64,000 bases of DNA from the human T2T-CHM13v2.0 reference genome, Homo sapiens: the NCBI RefSeq assembly GCF_009914755.1, contig NC_060948.1; one strand, 5' to 3'. A model generated the notes under the pieces. It searched no databases. It worked only from the letters and a program-made list of their open reading frames with translations, and was not told where the DNA came from. Shown piece by piece: positions 22,672 through 42,017 of the stretch (position 1 is its first letter; each line of letters starts with the position of its first letter). The position numbers and the translations under genes were made by a program.

Positions 22672-24776
22672 AGATCCATATTTTTTAAATGAAAAAAACT
22701 TTCAAAGGTACTCTGCTTGGTACAATAATCAAATGTATAAACTGAGGAATAAAACATAACCATGAAACCTACTTATAACTGCATATGGAAAATACAGAGG
22801 ATAATTTTTTAAATAACATATTTTGAAAGCCTTAACTAGTAATTTGAAGAGTTGGCATTTGAAAGGCCAGTATGAATATACCTTCAAAGCAGCAACACAG
22901 GTTCCCCATGAGAAAAAGCAAACACAGGGAAAATAAAAACACAAAGGTTCAATCTCTTCTGACCTTTGAAAGACACAGCACAGACAGTGGTCCTTAGGAC
23001 GAAGAGCAGGAGACCCCTAATTCCGTCACCATGGCGATAGGGCATAAACATTGCTGGGTGAGGGCACAATCCACATTGTGAGGTCCAACTGCTGCCAGGA
23101 AGACAGGAGTGCTTTTACATAGACCGAAAGGTCATTGAAGGCTCAGAGTTTTGTTTCAAGAACTGAATCCCAAGCCCACACGTTATTAGGCTGCGCTTCT
23201 TAAAACAAGTTATGAGATGGGAAAAAGGGCACCCACAAACATACGTATACATTATGTATATAATAATATACAGTGTCATATATATAATATATATAACCTA
23301 TGTATAATATTGTTTTACATCCTGCATCTTATGTTATATATATTGTATAAAATATAATAATTGATAATATATAAGTTTTATATTTATACAATATGACATA
23401 TAGTATATATTATAATTTATGAGATATATAATATATGTTATATGTCATATATAGAATATATTATACGGTTAATATACGTATTAAATATAAATTATACATT
23501 ATATATATTATATATAATATATCTGTTATATATAATACCCATTATGCATAATATATATATTATGTCTATGTTATATATAGTATAAAACAACATAAAATAA
23601 TATATAATTGTATATATAAAATGCGACATATAATATATATTATATTTTATAACATATGTAATATATATTATATATTATATATAATACGTTGTATGTATAA
23701 TACCTATATTAAATATATATTATATGACTATGTTATTAATTACATGTCACATGTGTTATATATTATATATTTTACATAGAATATACCGGTTACATACAAT
23801 ATATACTATGTTACCTATAATGTATAATTTATTACATGTAAAATAAAGAATGCAATATATTATGTATAATTTATAATATACCATATGTGGAATGTGATAT
23901 ATATAACATATAATATATGATATATGATATACAGTATATGATATATAACATACAATATATGATTCCTAATATATATGGTATACAATATATATTTTATGAT
24001 ATGTATTCTATATGTTTTATATTCTGTTATATATAACTATTTGAAATTATATATAACTGTATAATATTTTATGTAAATATGTAATATAATATATATAACT
24101 ATATAATATATTATATATAACTATATATTATGTTATATATACTTTTATAACATAATTTACATAAAATATCATAATATAATATATATTATATTATTTCATA
24201 TTACATAATATATATTACATATCTCCCAATATAACTAACATACATAATATTATAATATAGATTATATTGTGTTATATTAAATATCATATATATCATGTAT
24301 CATATATTCTATAATATATATTACACATTATATAATATGTACGTTGTCTATTATGTGATATATATAACTCTATATATAATTATATTTTTATACATATAAC
24401 TAGATAAACATGTAATTCTACATATTTTCATTTATAATATGTAGAATTATATAATCATATATAATTATTTATATTCTATAAAAAATTTTATCATTCTATC
24501 AATTATAATATATAAAAATTATAATATGTACTACAAATATATATATTATATATCATATATGATATAGTACCTTTGTTATATATCATAATACATATAAATG
24601 TGTATTATGTTATCTATAATTATATAATTTCATATATAAGATGTATAATATGTATCATATATTATATATGTTATGTAATATATATAGTATATATAAGATG
24701 ACACAGGATAAATATTATATACTATGACATATAAAATATATGAGGTTATATGTTACATATAAGGCATAGCACATAA

Positions 24777-25091
<315 letters not shown>

Positions 25092-27196
25092 AGATCCATA
25101 TTTTTTAAATGAAAAAAAATTTCAAAGGTACTCTGCTTGGTACAATAATCAAATGTATAAACTGAGGAATAAAACATAACCATGAAACCTACTTATAACT
25201 GCATATGGAAAATACAGAGGATAATTTTTTAAATAACATATTTTGAAAGCCTTAACTAGTAATTTGAAGAGTTGGCATTTGAAAGGCCAGTATGAATATA
25301 CCTTCAAAGCAGCAACACAGGTTCCCCATGAGAAAAAGCAAACACAGGGAAAATAAAAACACAAAGGTTCAATCTCTTCTGACCTTAGAAAGACACAGCA
25401 TAGACAGTGGTCCTTAGGACGAAGAGCAGGAGACCCCTAATTCCGTCACCATGGCGATAGGGCATAAACATTGCTGGGTGAGGGCACAATCCACATTGTG
25501 AGGTCCAACTGCTGCCAGGAAGACAGGAGTGCTTTTACATAGACCGAAAGGTCATTGAAGGCTCAGAGTTTTGTTTCAAGAACTGAATCCCAAGCCCACA
25601 CGTTATTAGGCTGCGCTTCTTAAAACAAGTTATGAGATGGGAAAAAGGGCACCCACAAACATACGTATACATTATGTATATAATAATATACAGTGTCATA
25701 TATATAATATATATAACCTATGTATAATATTGTTTTACATCCTGCATCTTATGTTATATATATTGTATAAAATATAATAATTGATAATATATAAGTTTTA
25801 TATTTATACAATATGACATATAGTATATATTATAATTTATGACATATATAATATATGTTATATGTCATATATAGAATATATTATACGGTTAATATACGTA
25901 TTAAATATAAATTATACATTATATATATTATATATAATATATCTGTTATATATAATACCCATTATGCATAATATATATATTATGTCTATGTTATATATAG
26001 TATAAAACAACATATAATAATATATAATTGTATATATAAAATGCGACATATAATATATATTATATTTTATAACATATGTAATATATATTATATATTATAT
26101 ATAATACGTTGTATGTATAATACCTATATTAAATATATATTATATGACTATGTTATTAATTACATGTCACATGTGTTATACATTATATATTTTACATAGA
26201 ATATACCGGTTACATACAATATATACTATGTTACCTATAATGTATAATTTATTACATGTAAAATAAAGAATGCAATATATTATGTATAATTTATAATATA
26301 CAATATGTGGAATGTGATATATATAACATATAATATATGATATATGATATACAGTATATGATATATAACATACAATATATGATTCCTAATATATATGGTA
26401 TACAATATATATTTTATGATATGTATTCCATATGTTTTATATTCTGTTATATATAACTATTTGAAATTATATATAACTGTATAATATTTTATGTAAATAT
26501 GTAATATAATATATATAACTATATAATATATTATATATAACTATATATTATGTTATATATACTTTTATAACATAATTTACATAAAATATCATAATATAAT
26601 ATATATTATATTATTTCATATTACATAATATATATTACATATCACCCAATATAACTAACATACATAATATTATAATATAGATTATATTGTGTTATATTAA
26701 ATATCATATATATCATGTATCATATATTCTATACTATATATTACACATTATATAATATGTATGTTGTCTATTATGTGATATATATAACTATATATATAAT
26801 TATATTTTTATACATATAACTAGATAAACATGTAATTCTACATATTTTCATTTATAATATGTAGAATTATATAATCATATATAATTATTTATATTCTATA
26901 AAAAATTTTATCATTCTATCAATTATAATATATAAAAATTATAATATGTACTACAAATATATATATTATATATCATATATGATATAGTACCTTTGTTATA
27001 TATCATAATACATATAAATGTGTATTATGTTATCTATAATTATATAATTTCATATATAAGATGTATAATATGTATCATATATTATATATGTTATGTAATA
27101 TATATAGTATATATAAGATGACACAGGATAAATATTATATACTATGACATATAAAATATATGAGGTTATATGTTACATATAAGGCATAGCACATAA

Positions 27197-27511
<315 letters not shown>

Positions 27512-29616
27512 AGATCCATATTTTTTAAATGAAAAAAAATTTCAAAGGTACTCTGCTTGGTACAATAATCAAATGTATAAACTGAGGAATAAAACATAAC
27601 CATGAAACCTACTTATAACTGCATATGGAAAATACAGAGGATAATTTTTTAAATAACATATTTTGAAAGCCTTAACTAGTAATTTGAAGAGTTGGCATTT
27701 GAAAGGCCAGTATGAATATACCTTCAAAGCAGCAACACAGGTTCCCCATGAGAAAAAGCAAACACAGGGAAAATAAAAACACAAAGGTTCAATCTCTTCT
27801 GACCTTAGAAAGACACAGCATAGACAGTGGTCCTTAGGACGAAGAGCAGGAGACCCCTAATTCCGTCACCATGGCGATAGGGCATAAACATTGCTGGGTG
27901 AGGGCACAATCCACATTGTGAGGTCCAACTGCTGCCAGGAAGACAGGAGTGCTTTTACATAGACCGAAAGGTCATTGAAGGCTCAGAGTTTTGTTTCAAG
28001 AACTGAATCCCAAGCCCACACGTTATTAGGCTGCGCTTCTTAAAACAAGTTATGAGATGGGTAAAAGGGCACCCACAAACATACGTATACATTATGTATA
28101 TAATAATATACAGTGTCATATATATAATATATATAACCTATGTATAATATTGTTTTACATCCTGCATCTTATGTTATATATATTGTATAAAATATAATAA
28201 TTGATAATATATAAGTTTTATATTTATACAATATGACATATAGTATATATTATAATTTATGACATATATAATATATGTTATATGTCATATATAGAATATA
28301 TTATACGGTTAATATACGTATTAAATATAAATTATACATTATATATATTATATATAATATATCTGTTATATATAATACCCATTATGCATAATATATATAT
28401 TATGTCTATGTTATATATAGTATAAAACAACATATAATAATATATAATTGTATATATAAAATGCGACATATAATATATATTATATTTTATAACATATGTA
28501 ATATATATTATATATTATATATAATACGTTGTATGTATAATACCTATATTAAATATATATTATATGACTATGTTATTAATTACATGTCACATGTGTTATA
28601 CATTATATATTTTACATAGAATATACCGGTTACATACAATATATACTATGTTACCTATAATGTATAATTTATTACATGTAAAATAAAGAATGCAATATAT
28701 TATGTATAATTTATAATATACAATATGTGGAATGTGATATATATAACATATAATATATGATATATGATATACAGTATATGATATATAACATACAATATAT
28801 GATTCCTAATATATATGGTATACAATATATATTTTATGATATGTATTCCATATGTTTTATATTCTGTTATATATAACTATTTGAAATTATATATAACTGT
28901 ATAATATTTTATGTAAATATGTAATATAATATATATAACTATATAATATATTATATATAACTATATATTATGTTATATATACTTTTATAACATAATTTAC
29001 ATAAAATATCATAATATAATATATATTATATTATTTCATATTACATAATATATATTACATATCACCCAATATAACTAACATACATAATATTATAATATAG
29101 ATTATATTGTGTTATATTAAATATCATATATATCATGTATCATATATTCTATACTATATATTACACATTATATAATATGTATGTTGTCTATTATGTGATA
29201 TATATAACTATATATATAATTATATTTTTATACATATAACTAGATAAACATGTAATTCTACATATTTTCATTTATAATATGTAGAATTATATAATCATAT
29301 ATAATTATTTATATTCTATAAAAAATTTTATCATTCTATAAATTATAATATATAAAAATTATAATATGTACTACAAATATATATATTATATATCATATAT
29401 GATATAGTACCTTTGTTATATATCATAATACATATAAATGTGTATTATGTTATCTATAATTATATAATTTCATATATAAGATGTATAATATGTATCATAT
29501 ATTATATATGTTATGTAATATATATAGTATATATAAGATGACACAGGATAAATATTATATACTATGACATATAAAATATATGAGGTTATATGTTACATAT
29601 AAGGCATAGCACATAA

Positions 29617-29931
<315 letters not shown>

Positions 29932-32036
29932 AGATCCATATTTTTTAAATGAAAAAAAATTTCAAAGGTACTCTGCTTGGTACAATAATCAAATGTATAA
30001 ACTGAGGAATAAAACATAACCATGAAACCTACTTATAACTGCATATGGAAAATACAGAGGATAATTTTTTAAATAACATATTTTGAAAGCCTTAACTAGT
30101 AATTTGAAGAGTTGGCATTTGAAAGGCCAGTATGAATATACCTTCAAAGCAGCAACACAGGTTCCCCATGAGAAAAAGCAAACACAGGGAAAATAAAAAC
30201 ACAAAGGTTCAATCTCTTCTGACCTTAGAAAGACACAGCATAGACAGTGGTCCTTAGGACGAAGAGCAGGAGACCCCTAATTCCGTCACCATGGCGATAG
30301 GGCATAAACATTGCTGGGTGAGGGCACAATCCACATTGTGAGGTCCAACTGCTGCCAGGAAGACAGGAGTGCTTTTACATAGACCGAAAGGTCATTGAAG
30401 GCTCAGAGTTTTGTTTCAAGAACTGAATCCCAAGCCCACACGTTATTAGGCTGCGCTTCTTAAAACAAGTTATGAGATGGGAAAAAGGGCACCCACAAAC
30501 ATACGTATACATTATGTATATAATAATATACAGTGTCATATATATAATATATATAACCTATGTATAATATTGTTTTACATCCTGCATCTTATGTTATATA
30601 TATTGTATAAAATATAATAATTGATAATATATAAGTTTTATATTTATACAATATGACATATAGTATATATTATAATTTATGACATATATAATATATGTTA
30701 TATGTCATATATAGAATATATTATACGGTTAATATACGTATTAAATATAAATTATACATTATATATATTATATATAATATATCTGTTATATATAATACCC
30801 ATTATGCATAATATATATATTATGTCTATGTTATATATAGTATAAAACAACATATAATAATATATAATTGTATATATAAAATGCGACATATAATATATAT
30901 TATATTTTATAACATATGTAATATATATTATATATTATATATAATACGTTGTATGTATAATACCTATATTAAATATATATTATATGACTATGTTATTAAT
31001 TACATGTCACATGTGTTATACATTATATATTTTACATAGAATATACCGGTTACATACAATATATACTATGTTACCTATAATGTATAATTTATTACATGTA
31101 AAATAAAGAATGCAATATATTATGTATAATTTATAATATACAATATGTGGAATGTGATATATATAACATATAATATATGATATATGATATACAGTATATG
31201 ATATATAACATACAATATATGATTCCTAATATATATGGTATACAATATATATTTTATGATATGTATTCCATATGTTTTATATTCTGTTATATATAACTAT
31301 TTGAAATTATATATAACTGTATAATATTTTATGTAAATATGTAATATAATATATATAACTATATAATATATTATATATAACTATATATTATGTTATATAT
31401 ACTTTTATAACATAATTTACATAAAATATCATAATATAATATATATTATATTATTTCATATTACATAATATATATTACATATCACCCAATATAACTAACA
31501 TACATAATATTATAATATAGATTATATTGTGTTATATTAAATATCATATATATCATGTATCATATATTCTATACTATATATTACACATTATATAATATGT
31601 ATGTTGTCTATTATGTGATATATATAACTATATATATAATTATATTTTTATACATATAACTAGATAAACATGTAATTCTACATATTTTCATTTATAATAT
31701 GTAGAATTATATAATCATATATAATTATTTATATTCTATAAAAAATTTTATCATTCTATAAATTATAATATATAAAAATTATAATATGTACTACAAATAT
31801 ATATATTATATATCATATATGATATAGTACCTTTGTTATATATCATAATACATATAAATGTGTATTATGTTATCTATAATTATATAATTTCATATATAAG
31901 ATGTATAATATGTATCATATATTATATATGTTATGTAATATATATAGTATATATAAGATGACACAGGATAAATATTATATACTATGACATATAAAATATA
32001 TGAGGTTATATGTTACATATAAGGCATAGCACATAA

Positions 32037-32351
<315 letters not shown>

Positions 32352-34479
32352 AGATCCATATTTTTTAAATGAAAAAAAATTTCAAAGGTACTCTGCTTGG
32401 TACAATAATCAAATGTATAAACTGAGGAATAAAACATAACCATGAAACCTACTTATAACTGCATATGGAAAATACAGAGGATAATTTTTTAAATAACATA
32501 TTTTGAAAGCCTTAACTAGTAATTTGAAGAGTTGGCATTTGAAAGGCCAGTATGAATATACCTTCAAAGCAGCAACACAGGTTCCCCATGAGAAAAAGCA
32601 AACACAGGGAAAATAAAAACACAAAGGTTCAATCTCTTCTGACCTTAGAAAGACACAGCATAGACAGTGGTCCTTAGGACGAAGAGCAGGAGACCCCTAA
32701 TTCCGTCACCATGGCGATAGGGCATAAACATTGCTGGGTGAGGGCACAATCCACATTGTGAGGTCCAACTGCTGCCAGGAAGACAGGAGTGCTTTTACAT
32801 AGACCGAAAGGTCATTGAAGGCTCAGAGTTTTGTTTCAAGAACTGAATCCCAAGCCCACACGTTATTAGGCTGCGCTTCTTAAAACAAGTTATGAGATGG
32901 GAAAAAGGGCACCCACAAACATACGTATACATTATGTATATAATAATATACAGTGTCATATATATAATATATATAACCTATGTATAATATTGTTTTACAT
33001 CCTGCATCTTATGTTATATATATTGTATAAAATATAATAATTGATAATATATAAGTTTTATATTTATACAATATGACATATAGTATATATTATAATTTAT
33101 GACATATATAATATATGTTATATGTCATATATAGAATATATTATACGGTTAATATACGTATTAAATATAAATTATACATTATATATATTATATATAATAT
33201 ATCTGTTATATATAATACCCATTATGCATAATATATATATTATGTCTATGTTATATATAGTATAAAACAACATATAATAATATATAATTGTATATATAAA
33301 ATGCGACATATAATATATATTATATTTTATAACATATGTAATATATATTATATATTATATATAATACGTTGTATGTATAATACCTATATTAAATATATAT
33401 TATATGACTATGTTATTAATTACATGTCACATGTGTTATACATTATATATTTTACATAGAATATACCGGTTACATACAATATATACTATGTTACCTATAA
33501 TGTATAATTTATTACATGTAAAATAAAGAATGCAATATATTATGTATAATTTATAATATACAATATGTGGAATGTGATATATATAACATATAATATATGA
33601 TATATGATATACAGTATATGATATATAACATACAATATATGATTCCTAATATATATGGTATACAATATATATTTTATGATATGTATTCCATATGTTTTAT
33701 ATTCTGTTATATATAACTATTTGAAATTATATATAACTGTATAATATTTTATGTAAATATGTAATATAATATATATAACTATATAATATATTATATATAA
33801 CTATATATTATGTTATATATACTTTTATAACATAATTTACATAAAATATCATAATATAATATATATTATATTATTTCATATTACATAATATATATTACAT
33901 ATCACCCAATATAACTAACATACATAATATTATAATATAGATTATATTGTGTTATATTAAATATCATATATATCATGTATCATATATTCTATACTATATA
34001 TTACACATTATATAATATGTATGTTGTCTATTATGTGATATATATAACTATATATATAATTATATTTTTATTCATATAACTAGATAAACATGTAATTCTA
34101 CATATTTTCATTTATACTATGTAGAATTATATAATCATATATAATTATTTATATTCTATAAAAAATTTTATCATTCTATAAATTATAATATATAAAAATT
34201 ATAATATGTACTACAAATATATATATTATATATCATATATGCTATAGTACCTTTGTTATATATCATAATACATATAAATGTGTATTATGTTATCTATAAT
34301 TATATAATTTCATATATAAGATGTATAATATGTATCATATATTATATATGTTATGTAATATATATAGTATATATAAGATGACACAGGATAAATATTATAT
34401 ACTATGACATATAAAATATATGAGGTTATATGTTACATATAAGGCATAGCACATAACATGTAATATATATCATATATAA

Positions 34480-34771
34480 TTTTTTTTTAGACAGAATCTT
34501 GTCCTGTTGCACAGGGTGGGGTACAATGGCGCCATCTTTGCTCACTGCAACTTCTGCCTCACGGGACCAAGCGATTGTCCTCCCTCAGCCTCCCAGGTAG
34601 CTGGGACTACACCACACTGGGACTACACCAGCTGCCACCATGCCTAGCTAATTTTTTGGATTTTTAGTAGTGACAGCGTTTCACTGTATTGGCCAGGATG
34701 GTCTTGATCTCTTCACCTTGTGATCCCCTTGCCTTGGCCTCCAAATTTGCTGGGATTACAGGCCTGAGCCA
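34480..34771 (-). mobile_element. Alu copy U15
   Basis: Same motifs as U1; cgggaccaag variant. Confidence 0.93.
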
Positions 34772-36869
34772 AGATCCATATTTTTTAAATGAAAAAAACT
34801 TTCAAAGGTACTCTGCTTGGTACAATAATCAAATGTATAAACTGAGGAATAAAACATAACCATGAAACCTACTTATAACTGCATATGGAAAATACAGAGG
34901 ATAATTTTTTAAATAACATATTTTGAAAGCCTTAACTAGTAATTTGAAGAGTTGGCATTTGAAAGGCCAGTATGAATATACCTTCAAAGCAGCAACACAG
35001 GTTCCCCATGAGAAAAAGCAAACACAGGGAAAATAAAAACACAAAGGTTCAATCTCTTCTGACCTTTGAAAGACACAGCACAGACAGTGGTCCTTAGGAC
35101 GAAGAGCAGGAGACCCCTAATTCCGTCACCATGGCGATAGGGCATAAACATTGCTGGGTGAGGGCACAATCCACATTGTGAGGTCCAACTGCTGCCAGGA
35201 AGACAGGAGTGCTTTTACATAGACCGAAAGGTCATTGAAGGCTCAGAGTTTTGTTTCAAGAACTGAATCCCAAGCCCACACGTTATTAGGCTGCGCTTCT
35301 TAAAACAAGTTATGAGATGGGAAAAAGGGCACCCACAAACATACGTATACATTATGTATATAATAATATACAGTGTCATATATATAATATATATAACCTA
35401 TGTATAATATTGTTTTACATTCTGCATCTTATGTTATATATATTGTATAAAATATAATAATTGATAATATATAAGTTTTATATTTATACAATATGACATA
35501 TAGTATATATTATAATTTATGACATAGATAATATATGTTATATGTCATATATAGAAAATATTATACGGTTAATATACGTATTAAATATAAATTATACATT
35601 ATATATATTATATATAATATATCTGTTATATATAATACCCATTATGCATAATATATATATTATGTCTATGTTATATATAGTATAAAACAACATATAATAA
35701 TATATAATTGTATATATAAAATGCGACATATAATATATATTATATTTTATAACATATGTAATATATATTATATATAATACGTTGTATGTATAATACCTAT
35801 ATTAAATATATATTATATGACTATGTTATTAATTACATGTCATATGTGTTATATATTATATATTTTACATAGAATATACCGGTTACATACAATATATACT
35901 ATGTTACCTATAATGTATAATTTATTACATGTAAAATAAAGAATGCAATATATTATGAATAATTTATAATATACCATATGTGGAATGTGATATATATAAC
36001 ATATAATATATGATATATGATATACAGTATATGATATATAACATACAATATATGATTCCTAATATATATGGTATACAATATATATTTTATGATATGTATT
36101 CTATATGTTTTATATTCTGTTATATATAACTATTTGAAATTATATATAACTGTATAATATTTTATGTAAATATGTAATATAATATATATAACTATATAAT
36201 ATATTATATATAACTATATATTATGTTATATATACTTTTATAACATAATTTACATAAAATATCATAATATAATATATATTATATTATTTCATATTACATA
36301 ATATATATTACATATCACCCAATATAACTAACATACATAATATTATAATATAGATTATATTGTGTTATATTAAATATCATATATATCATGTATCATATAT
36401 TCTATAATATATATTACACATTATATAATATGTATGTTGTCTATTATGTGATATATATAACTCTATATATAATTATATTTTTATACATATAACTAGATAA
36501 ACATGTAATTCTACATATTTTCATTTATAATATGTAGAATTATATAATCATATATAATTATTTATATTCTATAAAAAATTTTATCATTCTATAAATTATA
36601 ATATATAAAAATTATAATATGTACTACAAATATATATATTATATATCATATATGATATAGTACCTTTGTTATATATCATAATACATATAAATGTGTATTA
36701 TGTTATCTATAATTATATAATTTCATATATAAGATGTATAATATGTATCATATATTATATATGTTATGTAATATATATAGTATATATAAGATGACACAGG
36801 ATAAATATTATATACTATGACATATAAAATATATGAGGTTATATGTTACATATAAGGCATAGCACATAA

Positions 36870-37184
<315 letters not shown>

Positions 37185-39312
37185 AGATCCATATTTTTTA
37201 AATGAAAAAAAATTTCAAAGGTACTCTGCTTGGTACAATAATCAAATGTATAAACTGAGGAATAAAACATAACCATGAAACCTACTTATAACTGCATATG
37301 GAAAATACAGAGGATAATTTTTTAAATAACATATTTTGAAAGCCTTAACTAGTAATTTGAAGAGTTGGCATTTGAAAGGCCAGTATGAATATACCTTCAA
37401 AGAAGCAACACAGGTTCCCCATGAGAAAAAGCAAACACAGGGAAAATAAAAACACAAAGGTTCAATCTCTTCTGACCTTAGAAAGACACAGCATAGACAG
37501 TGGTCCTTAGGACGAAGAGCAGGAGACCCCTAATTCCGTCACCATGGCGATAGGGCATAAACATTGCTGGGTGAGGGCACAATCCACATTGTGAGGTCCA
37601 ACTGCTGCCAGGAAGACAGGAGTGCTTTTACATAGACCGAAAGGTCATTGAAGGCTCAGAGTTTTGTTTCAAGAACTGAATCCCAAGCCCACACGTTATT
37701 AGGCTGCGCTTCTTAAAACAAGTTATGAGATGGGAAAAAGGGCACCCACAAACATACGTATACATTATGTATATAATAATATACAGTGTCATATATATAA
37801 TATATATAACCTATGTATAATATTGTTTTACATCCTGCATCTTATGTTATATATATTGTATAAAATATAATAATTGATAATATATAAGTTTTATATTTAT
37901 ACAATATGACATATAGTATATATTATAATTTATGACATATATAATATATGTTATATGTCATATATAGAATATATTATACGGTTAATATACGTATTAAATA
38001 TAAATTATACATTATATATATTATATATAATATATCTGTTATATATAATACCCATTATGCATAATATATATATTATGTCTATGTTATATATAGTATAAAA
38101 CAACATATAATAATATATAATTGTATATATAAAATGCGACATATAATATATATTATATTTTATAACATATGTAATATATATTATATATTATATATAATAC
38201 GTTGTATGTATAATACCTATATTAAATATATATTATATGACTATGTTATTAATTACATGTCACATGTGTTATATATTATATATTTTACATAGAATATACC
38301 GGTTACATACAATATATACTATGTTACCTATAATGTATAATTTATTACATGTAAAATAAAGAATGCAATATATTATGTATAATTTATAATATACAATATG
38401 TGGAATGTGATATATATAACATATAATATATGATATATGATATACAGTATATGATATATAACATACAATATATGATTCCTAATATATATGGTATACAATA
38501 TATATTTTATGATATGTATTCCATATGTTTTATATTCTGTTATATATAACTATTTGAAATTATATATAACTGTATAATATTTTATGTAAATATGTAATAT
38601 AATATATATAACTATATAATATATTATATATAACTATATATTATGTTATATATACTTTTATAACATAATTTACATAAAATATCATAATATAATATATATT
38701 ATATTATTTCATATTACATAATATATATTACATATCACCCAATATAACTAACATACATAATATTATAATATAGATTATATTGTGTTATATTAAATATCAT
38801 ATATATCATGTATCATATATTCTATACTATATATTACACATTATATAATATGTATGTTGTCTATTATGTGATATATATAACTATATATATAATTATATTT
38901 TTATACATATAACTAGATAAACATGTAATTCTACATATTTTCATTTATAATATGTAGAATTATATAATCATATATAATTATTTATATTCTATAAAAAATT
39001 TTATCATTCTATAAATTATAATATATAAAAATTATAATATGTACTACAAATATATATATTATATATCATATATGATATAGTACCTTTGTTATATATCATA
39101 ATACATATAAATGTGTATTATGTTATCTATAATTATATAATTTCATATATAAGATGTATAATATGTATCATATATTATATATGTTATGTAATATATATAG
39201 TATATATAAGATGACACAGGATAAATATTATATACTATGACATATAAAATATATGAGGTTATATGTTACATATAAGGCATAGCACATAACATGTAATATA
39301 TATCATATATAA

Positions 39313-39604
39313 TTTTTTTTTAGACAGAATCTTGTCCTGTTGCACAGGGTGGGGTACAATGGCGCCATCTTTGCTCACTGCAACTTCTGCCTCACGGGAC
39401 CAAGCGATTGTCCTCCCTCAGCCTCCCAGGTAGCTGGGACTACACCACACTGGGACTACACCAGCTGCCACCATGCCTAGCTAATTTTTTGGATTTTTAG
39501 TAGTGACAGCGTTTCACTGTATTGGCCAGGATGGTCTTGATCTCTTCACCTTGTGATCCCCTTGCCTTGGCCTCCAAATTTGCTGGGATTACAGGCCTGA
39601 GCCA
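39313..39604 (-). mobile_element. Alu copy U17
   Basis: Same motifs as U1; cgggaccaag variant. Confidence 0.93.
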
Positions 39605-41702
39605 AGATCCATATTTTTTAAATGAAAAAAAATTTCAAAGGTACTCTGCTTGGTACAATAATCAAATGTATAAACTGAGGAATAAAACATAACCATGAAA
39701 CCTACTTATAACTGCATATGGAAAATACAGAGGATAATTTTTTAAATAACATATTTTGAAAGCCTTAACTAGTAATTTGAAGAGTTGGCATTTGAAAGGC
39801 CAGTATGAATATACCTTCAAAGCAGCAACACAGGTTCCCCATGAGAAAAAGCAAACACAGGGAAAATAAAAACACAAAGGTTCAATCTCTTCTGACCTTT
39901 GAAAGACACAGCACAGACAGTGGTCCTTAGGACGAAGAGCAGGAGACCCCTAATTCCGTCACCATGGCGATAGGGCATAAACATTGCTGGGTGAGGGCAC
40001 AATCCACATTGTGAGGTCCAACTGCTGCCAGGAAGACAGGAGTGCTTTTACATAGACCGAAAGGTCATTGAAGGCTCAGAGTTTTGTTTCAAGAACTGAA
40101 TCCCAAGCCCACACGTTATTAGGCTGCGCTTCTTAAAACAAGTTATGAGATGGGAAAAAGGGCACCCACAAACATACGTATACATTATGTATATAATAAT
40201 ATACAGTGTCATATATATAATATATATAACCTATGTATAATATTGTTTTACATCCTGCATCTTATGTTATATATATTGTATAAAATATAATAATTGATAA
40301 TATATAAGTTTTATATTTATACAATATGACATATAGTATATATTATAATTTATGACATATATAATATATGTTATATGTCATATATAGAAAATATTATACG
40401 GTTAATATACGTATTAAATATAAATTATACATTATATATATTATATATAATATATCTGTTATATATAATACCCATTATGCATAATATATATATTATGTCT
40501 ATGTTATATATAGTATAAAACAACATATAATAATATATAATTGTATATATAAAATGCGACATATAATATATATTATATTTTATAACATATGTAATATATA
40601 TTATATATAATACGTTGTATGTATAATACCTATATTAAATATATATTATATGACTATGTTATTAATTACATGTCACATGTGTTATATATTATATATTTTA
40701 CATAGAATATACCGGTTACATACAATATATACTATGTTACCTATAATGTATAATTTATTACATGTAAAATAAAGAATGCAATATATTATGTATAATTTAT
40801 AATATACCATATGTGGAATGTGATATATATAACATATAATATATGATATATGATATACAGTATATGATATATAACATACAATATATGATTCCTAATATAT
40901 ATGGTATACAATATATATTTTATGATATGTATTCTATATGTTTTATATTCTGTTATATATAACTATTTGAAATTATATATAACTGTATAATATTTTATGT
41001 AAATATGTAATATAATATATATAACTATATAATATATTATATATAACTATATATTATGTTATATATACTTTTATAACATAATTTACATAAAATATCATAA
41101 TATAATATATATTATATTATTTCATATTACATAATATATATTACATATCACCCAATATAACTAACATACATAATATTATAATATAGATTATATTGTGTTA
41201 TATTAAATATCATATATATCATGTATCATATATTCTATAATATATATTACACATTATATAATATGTATGTTGTCTATTATGTGATATATATAACTCTATA
41301 TATAATTATATTTTTATACATATAACTAGATAAACATGTAATTCTACATATTTTCATTTATAATATGTAGAATTATATAATCATATATAATTATTTATAT
41401 TCTATAAAAAATTTTATCATTCTATAAATTATAATATATAAAAATTATAATATGTACTACAAATATATATATTATATATCATATATGATATAGTACCTTT
41501 GTTATATATCATAATACATATAAATGTGTATTATGTTATCTATAATTATATAATTTCATATATAAGATGTATAATATGTATCATATATTATATATGTTAT
41601 GTAATATATATAGTATATATAAGATGACACAGGATAAATATTATATACTATGACATATAAAATATATGAGGTTATATGTTACATATAAGGCATAGCACAT
41701 AA

Positions 41703-42017
<315 letters not shown>
